64,000 bases of DNA from a bacterium SCSIO 12643. Its GTDB lineage: Bacteria; Bacteroidota; Bacteroidia; Flavobacteriales_G; Salibacteraceae. Of this stretch, positions 18,663-28,900 are shown piece by piece; the stretch's first letter is position 1, and the number at the start of each line of letters is the position of its first letter. The notes under the pieces were generated by a model. It was not told where the DNA came from, did no database searches, and saw nothing but the letters and a program-made list of their open reading frames with translations. Location: positions 4,022,471 to 4,086,470 of the forward strand of contig CP073750.1 of the NCBI GenBank assembly GCA_024398135.1, read 5' to 3'. A program made the translations under genes and the position numbers.

Positions 18663-19451
18663 TTATGGTACAGTTACCAATTGAAAACTTGAATTTCCAC
18701 AGCCGAAATAGCCTAACGCATTATTGGACCAATTTGTTGTTGGATTAGCTGGGGCAGCTCCTCCTCCAAACCCACCATCTCCAATAGCGTTGTCCAAAGT
18801 ATTAAAATATTCATAGTAACTTTTGTGGATAGATCTTAGCTCAACCACTATTGTGTCTCCCGATTCATTTAGATTAGTTAATGTTTCAGTAATCACTTGT
18901 CCATCAAATCCCAAATCACTTCGATATACGCTATTATCACCTGTCAAAGCATCAGAAAATGAATTCACTCTATAAAAATTCTCAATATTAGGTGGATCCT
19001 GAAAACTTACTTTGATCACGCTTTGCTCTGCACCTCCTTCAAACGGATCAGATTCTACCTCAAAAGTAACATTTTCTATAGCGGTTTGATCCGGAATAAC
19101 ACCTTGCGCCACAAACGTTTTACCCCCAACATCCACTCTTAATGTGTAAACCATATTCGAAAGCCCATTAAATTGACTCAGACGATACATACCCAGTTGC
19201 TCATATTGCAGTGTATAAGCGTTTTGATTTTCATCAGTAAGCGTGACGACCGCATTCTCAATGATTTTGGGAGGTGTGGTATCAAAGTAATTTGTAGTTT
19301 GTGTCACTCTAACCTCAAAATCATTCACCCCACCCAAGAGTATCGCCTCAATTACATATTGGGGATTGCTCTCATTTAAGTTTACATTGATCACCTTTTC
19401 GCATGAAACACTACCTAGTAGTATTAACATGAATATTATATTTCTTTTCAT
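18663..19451 (-). CDS. DUF4249-like lipoprotein (usual partner of Bacteroidota TonB-dependent receptors)
   Basis: 'MKRNIIFMLILLGSVSCEKVINVNLNESNPQYVIEAIL' resembles the DUF4249 N-terminus; 4-bp after the receptor gene; family assignment from memory. Confidence 0.55.
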   Translation of the reverse strand: MKRNIIFMLILLGSVSCEKVINVNLNESNPQYVIEAILLGGVNDFEVRVTQTTNYFDTTPPKIIENAVVTLTDENQNAYTLQYEQLGMYRLSQFNGLSNMVYTLRVDVGGKTFVAQGVIPDQTAIENVTFEVESDPFEGGAEQSVIKVSFQDPPNIENFYRVNSFSDALTGDNSVYRSDLGFDGQVITETLTNLNESGDTIVVELRSIHKSYYEYFNTLDNAIGDGGFGGGAAPANPTTNWSNNALGYFGCGNSSFQLVTVP

Positions 19452-19455
19452 TTCT

Positions 19456-21819
19456 TTAAAACTTAAAATTATATGTCACCGAAGGAACAATCGAGAATAA
19501 TGCGGTTTGCACTGCTTCAGACTGAAGCGGGTTATTTTCGTTTTGTCTAAATGTTATGGTATATGCATTTTGTCTTCCATAAACGTTGTAAATTGAAAAA
19601 TTCCAACTGGATTGTACCTTCTTTGCTACTTTTATTGTTTCTCCGGTTTTAGGGTCTTTATGCGATTTGTATTTATCTCCGTCTATGGTTAGCCCAATAT
19701 CCATCCTGTGGTAATCTGGCATTCGATACCCATTTCTCTCTGTATAATATGGTACGTATTGGTTGTTTACGATATACTTCCCGGAAGGAAATGTCACCGC
19801 ATTTCCGGTGTAATACACCCAGTTTGCAGCCAATCGTAGTTTTTCATTAATTCGATACATCGCTACAATGGAAATATCATGAATACGGTCTTGTTTTGCC
19901 GGATAAGCCGAACCTCCATTAATCTCAGGAATCTTCTTGAAACTACGTGAATACGTATACCCTAACCATCCGGTAAATTTGCCTTTGGTTTTCTTTAGCA
20001 AAAACTCAAGTCCATAGGCGTATCCTTTTCCAAATACCAATTGATTTTCAACGGTTTCATTTAAAAATAAATTAGCTCCATCCATATAATCTAGCTGATT
20101 TTGGAAATTCTTGTAATATCCTTCTAATGAGAAAGTATACATATTGTGTTTAAAATTCCTGAAATATCCCAGCGCGAATTGATCTGCAATTAATGGCTTG
20201 ATATTGTTACTACTTGGCACCCAGATATCATTAGGTTGTGCTGATGTAGAATTAGACAACAGATGCATATACTGATAGTTTCTATTATAAGATGACTTGA
20301 TCGAGCTAACATCGTTTAATTGATATTTTAGATTAATTCGTGGTTCAATTCCACCGTATTGTTGAATGCTTTGACCCGCTGAATACTTATCAGCAGAAAC
20401 AGTATTCCCCTGACTATCGAATACATATTTTGTCCCGGGCCCTACCAGATTGAAATGAGAATATCTGATTCCATAGTTGATAGAAAAAACGCCATTGATC
20501 TGACTATTATTTTGGACATAAATAGCACTTTCTAAAGCATTTTTATCATCAAGTTTAAGCGTACTCACCTCTCCTTCGGTTAGAGATCCAGGAAGAAATT
20601 TGTGATAAATCACATTAGCTCCAAATTCCAAAGTATTCTTATCATTAAGGTAATAACCAAAGTCTTGTTTAAAATTCCAATCTCGAATTAATGAGCTGAT
20701 CACCAGAGATTGCGTACCTACGCTTTGATTGATCTTGTAGTTGTAATCACTAAAGATGATGGATGTGTTTGAAAATAATTTATCACTAAAAATATGGTTC
20801 CATCTTAGCGAACCTGTGATATTTCCCCAATCGAAACTAAAGGTATTCCCAAAACCTAAATTATCTCTACCAAAATATCCGGATACATACACCCGATCTT
20901 TTTCGCTGACCTGATAATTAGCCTTGGCCGTAAAATCGTAAAAATATAATTGGTTGTTTCTGAGCGCAGCGTTGTTTGAGAGTTTTAAAAATAAATCTGC
21001 ATAAGTTCTACGTCCCGAAACTACAAATGACCCCTTGTTTTTTACAATGGGGGCTTCCACCGTTAACTTTGATGAAATCAGTCCAATCCCGCCTTTTACC
21101 GCAAGTTCCTTACTGTTTCCGTCAATCGTTTTTATATCCATTACGGAAGAAGCACGCCCACCATATTTGGCTGGCATCCCCCCTTTGTACAATGTAGCAT
21201 CTTTAATCACGTCTGAATTAAACACTGAAAAGAAACCCAATAAATGTGAGGCATTGTATACAGGTGCTTCATCTAGTAATATCAAATTTTGATCAGCTGC
21301 TCCTCCCCTTACAAAAAAGCCACTATTCCCTTCTCCTGCTGATTTAACTCCTGGTGTAAGCTGCATTACCTTGATAATGTCTTTTTCTCCAAAAATTACA
21401 GGAATCGATTCTATTTCCTTTGTAGTAATCTTGGTGACACTCATTTCGTTTTTAGTCACATTTTGATCTTCCTTATCAGCTGTAATCACCAATTCATCCA
21501 ATACTTCAGTATTAGAATTCAACTCCATATTAATCTTTAGATTTTGAGTTAAGGTAATTTCCTTTTTGATTGTTATATAACCCACAAAAGAGTATTCCAG
21601 TGTATAATTCCCTTCTGGAAGTGTAAGTGAGTAAAATCCATACACATTGGACGTTGCGCCAACTCCCGATAGTTCTACAACGCGGACAGTTGCTCCGATT
21701 AAATCTTCTCCATTAGCGGCATCTTTTATATTTCCGCTAATACTATATTTTGTTTGCGCAAAAGCAGAACCGGAACTCAAAAAGAGTATTAAAATATAGG
21801 CTCCAAAAATGTTTCTCAT
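19456..21819 (-). CDS. TonB-dependent outer-membrane receptor (CarboxypepD_reg + plug + barrel; no STN domain)
   Basis: Signal peptide 'MRNIFGAYILILFLSSGSAFAQ'; 'ISGNIKDAANGEDLIGATVRV'; C-terminal 'YNFKF'. Confidence 0.9.
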   Translation of the reverse strand: MRNIFGAYILILFLSSGSAFAQTKYSISGNIKDAANGEDLIGATVRVVELSGVGATSNVYGFYSLTLPEGNYTLEYSFVGYITIKKEITLTQNLKINMELNSNTEVLDELVITADKEDQNVTKNEMSVTKITTKEIESIPVIFGEKDIIKVMQLTPGVKSAGEGNSGFFVRGGAADQNLILLDEAPVYNASHLLGFFSVFNSDVIKDATLYKGGMPAKYGGRASSVMDIKTIDGNSKELAVKGGIGLISSKLTVEAPIVKNKGSFVVSGRRTYADLFLKLSNNAALRNNQLYFYDFTAKANYQVSEKDRVYVSGYFGRDNLGFGNTFSFDWGNITGSLRWNHIFSDKLFSNTSIIFSDYNYKINQSVGTQSLVISSLIRDWNFKQDFGYYLNDKNTLEFGANVIYHKFLPGSLTEGEVSTLKLDDKNALESAIYVQNNSQINGVFSINYGIRYSHFNLVGPGTKYVFDSQGNTVSADKYSAGQSIQQYGGIEPRINLKYQLNDVSSIKSSYNRNYQYMHLLSNSTSAQPNDIWVPSSNNIKPLIADQFALGYFRNFKHNMYTFSLEGYYKNFQNQLDYMDGANLFLNETVENQLVFGKGYAYGLEFLLKKTKGKFTGWLGYTYSRSFKKIPEINGGSAYPAKQDRIHDISIVAMYRINEKLRLAANWVYYTGNAVTFPSGKYIVNNQYVPYYTERNGYRMPDYHRMDIGLTIDGDKYKSHKDPKTGETIKVAKKVQSSWNFSIYNVYGRQNAYTITFRQNENNPLQSEAVQTALFSIVPSVTYNFKF

Positions 21820-21883
21820 AGTTATGTTTTGGAGCTGTTAACGAGGGTTAATTCGATTTCGTTTAATCCATTTTTTAAGAATA

Positions 21884-21914
21884 TACGTTTACCTGTTTTT
21901 CATCTACGTTTGCC
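21884..21914. promoter_or_regulatory. Direct repeat TACGTTT(A/G)CC x2 with 21-bp periodicity in the promoter region of the TonB-receptor/DUF4249/kinase/LytTR gene string
   Basis: Copies at 21884-21893 and 21905-21914, 65-95 bp upstream of the receptor start codon (minus strand). Confidence 0.35.
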
Positions 21915-21987
21915 ATAATACGGCTAAAAAGACGGTTAAATATAGGGGGCTCAATTCAGATTTATCAGCGAATAAACCTAAAGAGGG

Positions 21988-22458
21988 TTAGATGATTCCT
22001 TCATTGGGTCTATAAATGTAATAGCCATTCGTTCCATTATAGACAGAAGTCCCATTAATTATAATACTAGTATAAGGTAAAGTCTCGCTTTTTCTATCTA
22101 TCCCCTGGTCTCTATACAGGTATAAAATTTTCTGGTTGGTATTCCTCCTTCTTGTCTGCTCTAAATAAATCACAAAAACATCATTGGTAACTTTAAATTC
22201 GTAATCGCAATGTGCCAATAGACTTTCTAAGGCTGCATCCATAGATTCATAAGAAGAAGAATCACTTATAACGCAATTCGCTAATAAATTATCACTGAAA
22301 GAAAACTGAAAATCGTATGTTAGTCCAAGGCTATATAACACTTCATTTAAGGGTTCTTGATTTACTTTAATTTCGATGTTTTGAGCGCTTAGGCTCGTCC
22401 ATGCAAAACCACATAAGATAACTGAGCTAAGTAACTTACGTAGAATACTATTTATCAC
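21988..22458 (-). CDS. Stand-alone STN-domain protein (signal peptide + secretin/TonB N-terminal signalling domain, no plug/barrel)
   Basis: 'NIEIKVNQEPLNEVLYSLGLTYDFQFSFSDNLL' STN-like; 1-nt overlap with FecR gene; 168-bp gap to the next receptor gene, which has its own signal peptide. Confidence 0.55.
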   Translation of the reverse strand: MINSILRKLLSSVILCGFAWTSLSAQNIEIKVNQEPLNEVLYSLGLTYDFQFSFSDNLLANCVISDSSSYESMDAALESLLAHCDYEFKVTNDVFVIYLEQTRRRNTNQKILYLYRDQGIDRKSETLPYTSIIINGTSVYNGTNGYYIYRPNEGII

Positions 22459-23339
22459 TATCTCTCTGCTGTTACTTTATAATTCCTTGAATTCAACTTC
22501 GTAAAAGTAAGATTAAAACTTTGACAAATGATATCTAATGCAGTTTCTGGTGATTTAGTTTTATTAAACCTCCCTGTGTATGAATAATTTGAGATATCAT
22601 TTATTTCTTTCGATATGGTAATATCATACTGTATTTCCAGGTTAGTCAATACTTTATCTAATGGTACTTTATTAAAATTAAACTTATTCGACTTCCATGA
22701 TAAAACTTCATTTCCCATATTCTTTTCAATAACACCAACTCCGGTTACCTCATAAACCGCCATTTCTCCAGCCGAGATTCTTAAATCCTTTTGAGATATC
22801 ACAGAAAAAACGCTTACCGCCCCTTCTTCACAATATACTTTATACCCATCATCTCTTGTATTAATATTAAATCGGGTTCCCAGGACTTTTGTTACCCCAT
22901 TATCAGAAACTACTTTAAACGGGCTCCCTTCTTTTACATCAAAAAAAGCCTCTCCGGTTAGCGTCACATTCCTCTGGCTACTCCATGTATAGGGATTATA
23001 TATAACTCTGGAGTCCGCATTCAAATCAACGGTTGATCCATCAGGAAAAACATGAGATTCTCGAGCTCCCCTATCCGCTTTAATTTCTATAGAATAAAAC
23101 TGAATAAACAAAAATCCTCCTGTGATTATCACAACTATAAAAGCGGTTACTAATTTTAACCATAAAGCTGATAAAAACGATGTTTTGGGTTTATGAATCA
23201 CAGCGTTCTCAATTTGCGTGGAAATTTTGTCCCAAATCTCCTCCTTACTCTCATCAAAAGGGATATCAGCGTTCTGAAAGAACTTAAGGTCTTCAGACCC
23301 TTTTGGGCTTTGTGTGGTATTTAAATCGTCAATATTCAT
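22458..23339 (-). CDS. FecR-family anti-sigma factor (single TM, DUF4974-like periplasmic domain)
   Basis: 293 aa; central TM 'LWLKLVTAFIVVIITGGFLF'; position directly after the ECF sigma gene. Confidence 0.75.
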   Translation of the reverse strand: MNIDDLNTTQSPKGSEDLKFFQNADIPFDESKEEIWDKISTQIENAVIHKPKTSFLSALWLKLVTAFIVVIITGGFLFIQFYSIEIKADRGARESHVFPDGSTVDLNADSRVIYNPYTWSSQRNVTLTGEAFFDVKEGSPFKVVSDNGVTKVLGTRFNINTRDDGYKVYCEEGAVSVFSVISQKDLRISAGEMAVYEVTGVGVIEKNMGNEVLSWKSNKFNFNKVPLDKVLTNLEIQYDITISKEINDISNYSYTGRFNKTKSPETALDIICQSFNLTFTKLNSRNYKVTAER

Positions 23340-23825
23340 CTACACTATTATTAATTTTCTTAATTCGGCCAATGCATTGCTCATTCTTTTCTCTACGGCT
23401 TTTACTCCAATACCAAGTCGTTCAGAAATTTCTTTATAGGTTAAATCTTCAAATCTACTCATCAGGAAAACAATTCTTTGTTTTTCTGTAAGCTGGGCAA
23501 GTGCTAACTCATAGTGCTTTTTTAATTCTTTGTATTCCACATAATTGTCATACGAACCTCCGGAAAAACTAAACTTAATTTCTTTTAAATATTCTCCTGC
23601 AACTTTTTCTTTTCTATAATGGCTAACACATAGATCAAAAGCAATTTTATACAAAAGGGCCTTAGTTTTTTTAGGGTGATAATCAAATTGTTTTTCCCAT
23701 ACTTTGATAAATGTTTCCTGGGCAATATCGGTAGCTAAATCAGCATCTCCTGTCCGATAAAACACATACCTCCGGATGGAATCAAAATATTGATTATATA
23801 TTTTTTTAAACTCTTCTTTGTTCAA
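23340..23825 (-). CDS. ECF (sigma-70 family, group IV) RNA polymerase sigma factor
   Basis: Region-2 'DIAQETFIKVWEK' and region-4 'YKEISERLGIGVKAVEKRMSNALAELRK'. Confidence 0.85.
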   Translation of the reverse strand: MNKEEFKKIYNQYFDSIRRYVFYRTGDADLATDIAQETFIKVWEKQFDYHPKKTKALLYKIAFDLCVSHYRKEKVAGEYLKEIKFSFSGGSYDNYVEYKELKKHYELALAQLTEKQRIVFLMSRFEDLTYKEISERLGIGVKAVEKRMSNALAELRKLIIV

Positions 23826-23901
23826 ATTTCAAAAAATTTCCAACATAAAACCCTGACTTTTAAAGTTATAATAAAAATCAGTTATTTATATCAAGTTCAA
23901 A

Positions 23902-24447
23902 CTATTTCTTTAATTTCTTTTTATTCAAACTGAATGTTTTACTTCCACCTTTCCACTTCTTGGTAGCCCATTCATCACAAGTACCGTCACCATAATCAAT
24001 GGTCGCTACCCATTCTCCATTCTTTGAATAATATTTAATAGTTCCTTGAACAATGTAATTACAATCCTCTGTTTTTACCAACGGGTTAATAATTACTTTT
24101 TTGAAATCAGACTTATTTTGCTGTAAACTTAGTTTACTAGATTTACCATTCTTAATAATTGTAGCTTCACTAACATAGCCATTCCCAAAATCAACAATCG
24201 CTAAAACTTCGTTGGATTTTGAATATTCGATAACTCCATCAGAATAACAATCTGAATTGTTTAATGCTAAAGGTGAAACAATATTTGTTTGATAACCTGA
24301 AACAGGTAAAGTTAGGGAAGCTTCATCATATAAAATATCTGCCTCAACAGCAGCTTCGGGAGACAAGCTTTCTTTCTGACAAGACAACAGAGATACAGCA
24401 CAACAGCCTAAAGCCAATATGCCCATCCGGTTTCCAGAATTTTTCAT
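23902..24447 (-). CDS. Hypothetical lipoprotein
   Basis: Lipobox 'LALGCCAVSLLSC'; no recognisable motif. Confidence 0.5.
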   Translation of the reverse strand: MKNSGNRMGILALGCCAVSLLSCQKESLSPEAAVEADILYDEASLTLPVSGYQTNIVSPLALNNSDCYSDGVIEYSKSNEVLAIVDFGNGYVSEATIIKNGKSSKLSLQQNKSDFKKVIINPLVKTEDCNYIVQGTIKYYSKNGEWVATIDYGDGTCDEWATKKWKGGSKTFSLNKKKLKK

Positions 24448-24615
24448 TATGTAATTTTAAGGTTTAATGTTTTCACTCACTTATACTACACCGTTTAAAT
24501 CCTGCCATACCCTACTTTTATTTCAATATTTTTTTTCTCTTTTATGTTTTATTCATTAAAAATTATTTTTAGAAGCATTTAACTATTTATATTTGAGCCA
24601 CATAAAACCTAACAC

Positions 24616-24960
24616 ATGAAAAATCTTATCTTCTTCACGTTAATTTCAATTGGTATTTTTTCTTCCTCATGCGATGAAAGCATTTCTTGTCCGAATATGG
24701 AAGAACATCATCCTGATGCCATTTTAAGATGGACAGGTGACTATGCATTAGATGGCTGCGGTTACATCATCGTTATGGATCAGGTAGAATACAAACCTTT
24801 AAATGAAAATGTAATTGACCCCGGGTTTAAATTGGATTATGATGTAAAGGTTGCGGTTACTTATGAAATTCCACATGATGAAAAAGAAATTGCTTGTGGA
24901 ATGACCAAAGAACCTGTATACAGGGAAGGAATACAGATTATTTCACTCGAAAAGAAATAG
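24616..24960 (+). CDS. Hypothetical small lipoprotein
   Basis: 'MKNLIFFTLISIGIFSSSC' signal/lipobox. Confidence 0.5.
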   Translation: MKNLIFFTLISIGIFSSSCDESISCPNMEEHHPDAILRWTGDYALDGCGYIIVMDQVEYKPLNENVIDPGFKLDYDVKVAVTYEIPHDEKEIACGMTKEPVYREGIQIISLEKK

Positions 24961-24961
24961 T

Positions 24962-25441
24962 CTAGATATTCAAATTCATCCAATCTAGCAAACGCATCAT
25001 TAAACTCTTTTTAGCTTTAAACTCAGGATTACTTTTAAAATCCGCGAGTTGCTTTTCAAAGGTTTCTAAGGAAATAAACTTTTTAAGGTTTAATGACATG
25101 TAATGAACCAAAGCCTCCACCTCATGCCTAGGGAGTCCCAATGCAATTCCCAGATCATGACATAACTGGATTTCCTTTTCATGAGCGTACATATCCATCT
25201 TCATCATGGTTAATATCCTCCAGAAAAACTCTGTTTTTTGCTCATAAGTTTCTGGTGGAACAATAGATACCTGATCCAGATCTTTTTTTAAAGTCGCTAT
25301 CACTCCATGGTCTACTCCAAGAGTATTTGATAGCATGGTAATATTCATCTGCTCAAAATGACTCACAGATCCATCAGCCTGTGCCATTTTAATTAAAGCC
25401 AATATGAGAGATGTGTTCGGGTCTACGGAAATAGAATTCAT
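24962..25441 (-). CDS. TerB-like (tellurite-resistance TerB / DjlA-N-like) domain protein
   Basis: 'LILALIKMAQADGSVSHFEQ' matches the TerB 'A.ADG....E' helix; last gene of the co-directional cluster. Confidence 0.55.
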   Translation of the reverse strand: MNSISVDPNTSLILALIKMAQADGSVSHFEQMNITMLSNTLGVDHGVIATLKKDLDQVSIVPPETYEQKTEFFWRILTMMKMDMYAHEKEIQLCHDLGIALGLPRHEVEALVHYMSLNLKKFISLETFEKQLADFKSNPEFKAKKSLMMRLLDWMNLNI

Positions 25442-25505
25442 ATTAGTTAATTTATTTGTGTGTAATAAGTAAGATCAAGGAGAGTTTTACACTCTCCTTC
25501 TGGAA

Positions 25506-25901
25506 TTAATTTAAGGCCTCTTCCATCTGTTCTTTGGAAAGCACCTTATCCAAATTATCAATACTTAATTGAATCACTTTGGATAATTGTTCGTCAGTAA
25601 AGCCCATCAAACCGCCAATATGTTTGCAGATTTCAACCTCCTCACTATCTGCGGTCATATCTAAGCTCATTAAAGTCAGAATATCATACAACACCTGAAC
25701 TTTCCCGTCACTAGTAACAGGCGGTTCAGACTTAATAGACTCTACATTTAATGCAACCTCATTGAAATCAGCACTGGATAAACCTAACCTGATCGCAACG
25801 GTTTTAATGAATATAACTTCTTCTTGAGTTAATTTATTATCTGCCTTTGCAATCTTGATTAAGTTGGCAATGTGATTTTTCTTAATTTCTTTAGTCACCA
25901 T
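25506..25901 (-). CDS. TerB-like domain protein (second copy)
   Basis: 'IANLIKIAKADNKLTQEEVIFI' TerB-like motif; 24-bp gap after the giant ATPase gene. Confidence 0.6.
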   Translation of the reverse strand: MVTKEIKKNHIANLIKIAKADNKLTQEEVIFIKTVAIRLGLSSADFNEVALNVESIKSEPPVTSDGKVQVLYDILTLMSLDMTADSEEVEICKHIGGLMGFTDEQLSKVIQLSIDNLDKVLSKEQMEEALN

Positions 25902-25925
25902 AGTTTGTATTTTATATTATTAAAT

Positions 25926-28900
25926 TCAATTCTTTGAAAGTTCATTTTTAATTCCAATCAACCCTTCTGATACACGTTCTATCTGGGATAGAATCATGGC
26001 CATTTGGTTTTGATCACCAAAGCCTCTTAACCTCTGATTTTTCTGAAATTTTGTCTTAATCTCACTCCATCGGGAGATATCTTCTTCCCGCATCCAGCCT
26101 ACCATCTCCTTAAATTTCAACAGGTTTGCTTCTGAACTGGTGGTTAAAGTTTGCGATTCACTTTCGTACGCATTTAAAATCAGCAAATCCAATTCTTTAT
26201 CGTTCATAATTGGAACAATCTTTTCCGCAATTTTGTTCATATTCCTATAAGATCCTTGTAGTTTAAATGGCGGCTCTTTTCTAAACTGATCTTCCATTGC
26301 TGCGGACTTAATATATTCCTTATTCACTCGAAGCACGATATCTCTTACCTTGATCAACTTTTTTAATACCGAAACATAATCATTCATGTCTTCAACACTG
26401 TGATTAGACTCAAATTCTAAATCTCCTCTTTCTCCGGTGCTGGCCCAATCCATCAATTGATACAAGTCTTTTTGACTCTTACCTGATAGTTTTCTAAGGG
26501 TTGTATTCGAAGTTAAACAGTTTTCAATGTAACTGGATTCAAATGCTTCATCGGTTTCTCCAATGATATCTCCCAGGTTATAGATATCAGCTCTATTGGC
26601 TAGCATATCAGGAATCTTAAACTTATCACCACTCTCGGTATATGGATTACCAGCCATCACCACACATACCTTCTTCCCTCTTAAATCGTAAGTTTTTGAC
26701 TTTCCTTTATATACGCCTTCAATTTTTCTTTGCGCATCACTTAAGGAAATAAACTTTTGTAAAAACTCCGGATGACAATGTTGGATATCATCCAAATATA
26801 TCATCACATTATCTCCCATTTCCAAACCTAAGTTCAGCTTCTTAATTTCCTCACGCGCAGCAGAATTTGGAGCCATTTCAGGATCAAGAGACGTTGTTTC
26901 ATGTCCCAGTGAAGGACCATTTATTTTTAAGAATATAATGCCCAACCTACTGGCTATATACTCCATTAAGGTTGTCTTACCATACCCTGGAGGTGAAATC
27001 AGCAACAACATACCCATCAAGTCAGTTCTCTTATTATCATCAGATGTACCAATTTGTTTTGCAAGATTATCCCCAATTAATGGCAGATAAACCTGATTTA
27101 TGAGTTTGTTTCTCACAAACGAACTCATCACCTTAGGTTTCAATTCATCAAGTCTTAATTCTTCTTTATAACCTTTAATATATTCACGCTTCAGATGGTT
27201 AAACTGTTGATAAAACGGGATATTATATGTTTCAAACTTTCTTAAACGTCTAACAAAGTCATGATAATTAATGGTTAAGTCTTGCTCTTTAATTCTTGCA
27301 TGAATTCCTTGAAGTCCTTCTAGCTTAGAATTCAGGTCGACATTGATCAATTTTCGCTTTCCATGATCATCACCTATTAAAGCAACGGCTGCTTCGGATA
27401 AGACTTCATCAGCATACTCCAAATGGTTTTCAGCATATGCGCTTAACCAACTTTTAGCGATCGTATATTTTGAAGATGCTTCCCGAAGCTCGGTAATAGA
27501 ATTCGAGAATAATTTTGTCTTCTTATTCTCTTTCAAATAGGTATGAAATGCTTCACTTAAAGCATAAGATTCTTTACTTATGGAAAACTTATTATCATGT
27601 GCCAATTCGGCAAATAAATACCCGGAGATATCATTGCCGTGCACATTATTAAAAATATTACTTTGCTCAATAAACGCTTCAATTTGTTGACCTAATTCCA
27701 ATACCAAAGCATCATACACTTTTGTATCCGGAAAAGCGCTTTGGATATTACCCACGCTCTTGATCTGACTTAAAATCACATTTTTGTAATCCGAATCTAT
27801 TACAAATTGCCAGTAATAGATTGCACAGGCTCTAACCTCCGGAGCATACTTCAGTACACCTCCGCTTTGAATCATCTTTACTAATTCTTTAAGAATTAAC
27901 AAAGCATCATGATCATGTATACCTTTTACATATCCCTCATCATATCGCTTAGATATAACATCCGATATCAACGCTTCATATTTATCCTTAGGCCAGGCTA
28001 GTATTTGTGAAAAGTCAGAAAATTCAGATTCTAACTGCGACAAAATTTGCCAGGCCAAATACTCACTTCGATAGACCTCTTCATTCTCCGAAACTATGGA
28101 TTGATTCCACACAGGTTTGGTCTCCAAAAAATCTTTATCCTGAATTCTTTCGAAAAAGTTTGTACCTGTAATGTGATAATACATATCCTCACCTCTTGGT
28201 ACTATAGAAAGATCTAAACTTTGTTGATTCACAAAAAAACTATGGCGTCCAAATGAGATACTTCCCTCAGCAGAAATCAGTTCTGTTTTATCTTTTAACT
28301 GCCTAACAGCTTCTTCTCCCAATGACTTTAATTTACCCAGTATATCATCAGCCTTTACCGTATCTCCCAGTTCCAATAATTCTTCAACTACATTTCTGAG
28401 TTTATCTACCATTAAATCAGAGGCCAGATACCCATTAATTCCTTCAACGGTTTTTAATGACTTCAAACGATTTTCTACGCCTTTCAGCACCCTATCTGCT
28501 GAAGTTTGGAGTCTGGAAATTCTTTTATTTTTCTTATCAGTTAAGTAAACTTTTCTGGATTCGAAAGCATTATAAATTTCCTCTCGTTTATCGTTTAACT
28601 GACCTAAAAACTCATCAAAATCACTAAATCTACCTTCCAGTTCTTCTAATTGAATCAACAGTTTAGTCAGATATTCGTCACACTTTTGTACCGAGTCAGA
28701 GATATCCAGATAATTTACCATCCCCTGACTAATCAGTTTCAATTGCGATATAAATACAGCCTCTCCTTCAACTACCTGAAGTTCTTTTCTTTTCCGCTTT
28801 ATGGTCGCATATATCTGATTAAATTGCGAATAGATATCAGAGATATTGTTAATGATCTTAGTCGTTTCAGTAGCATCTTCAATCTTTAGATTACTCACAA

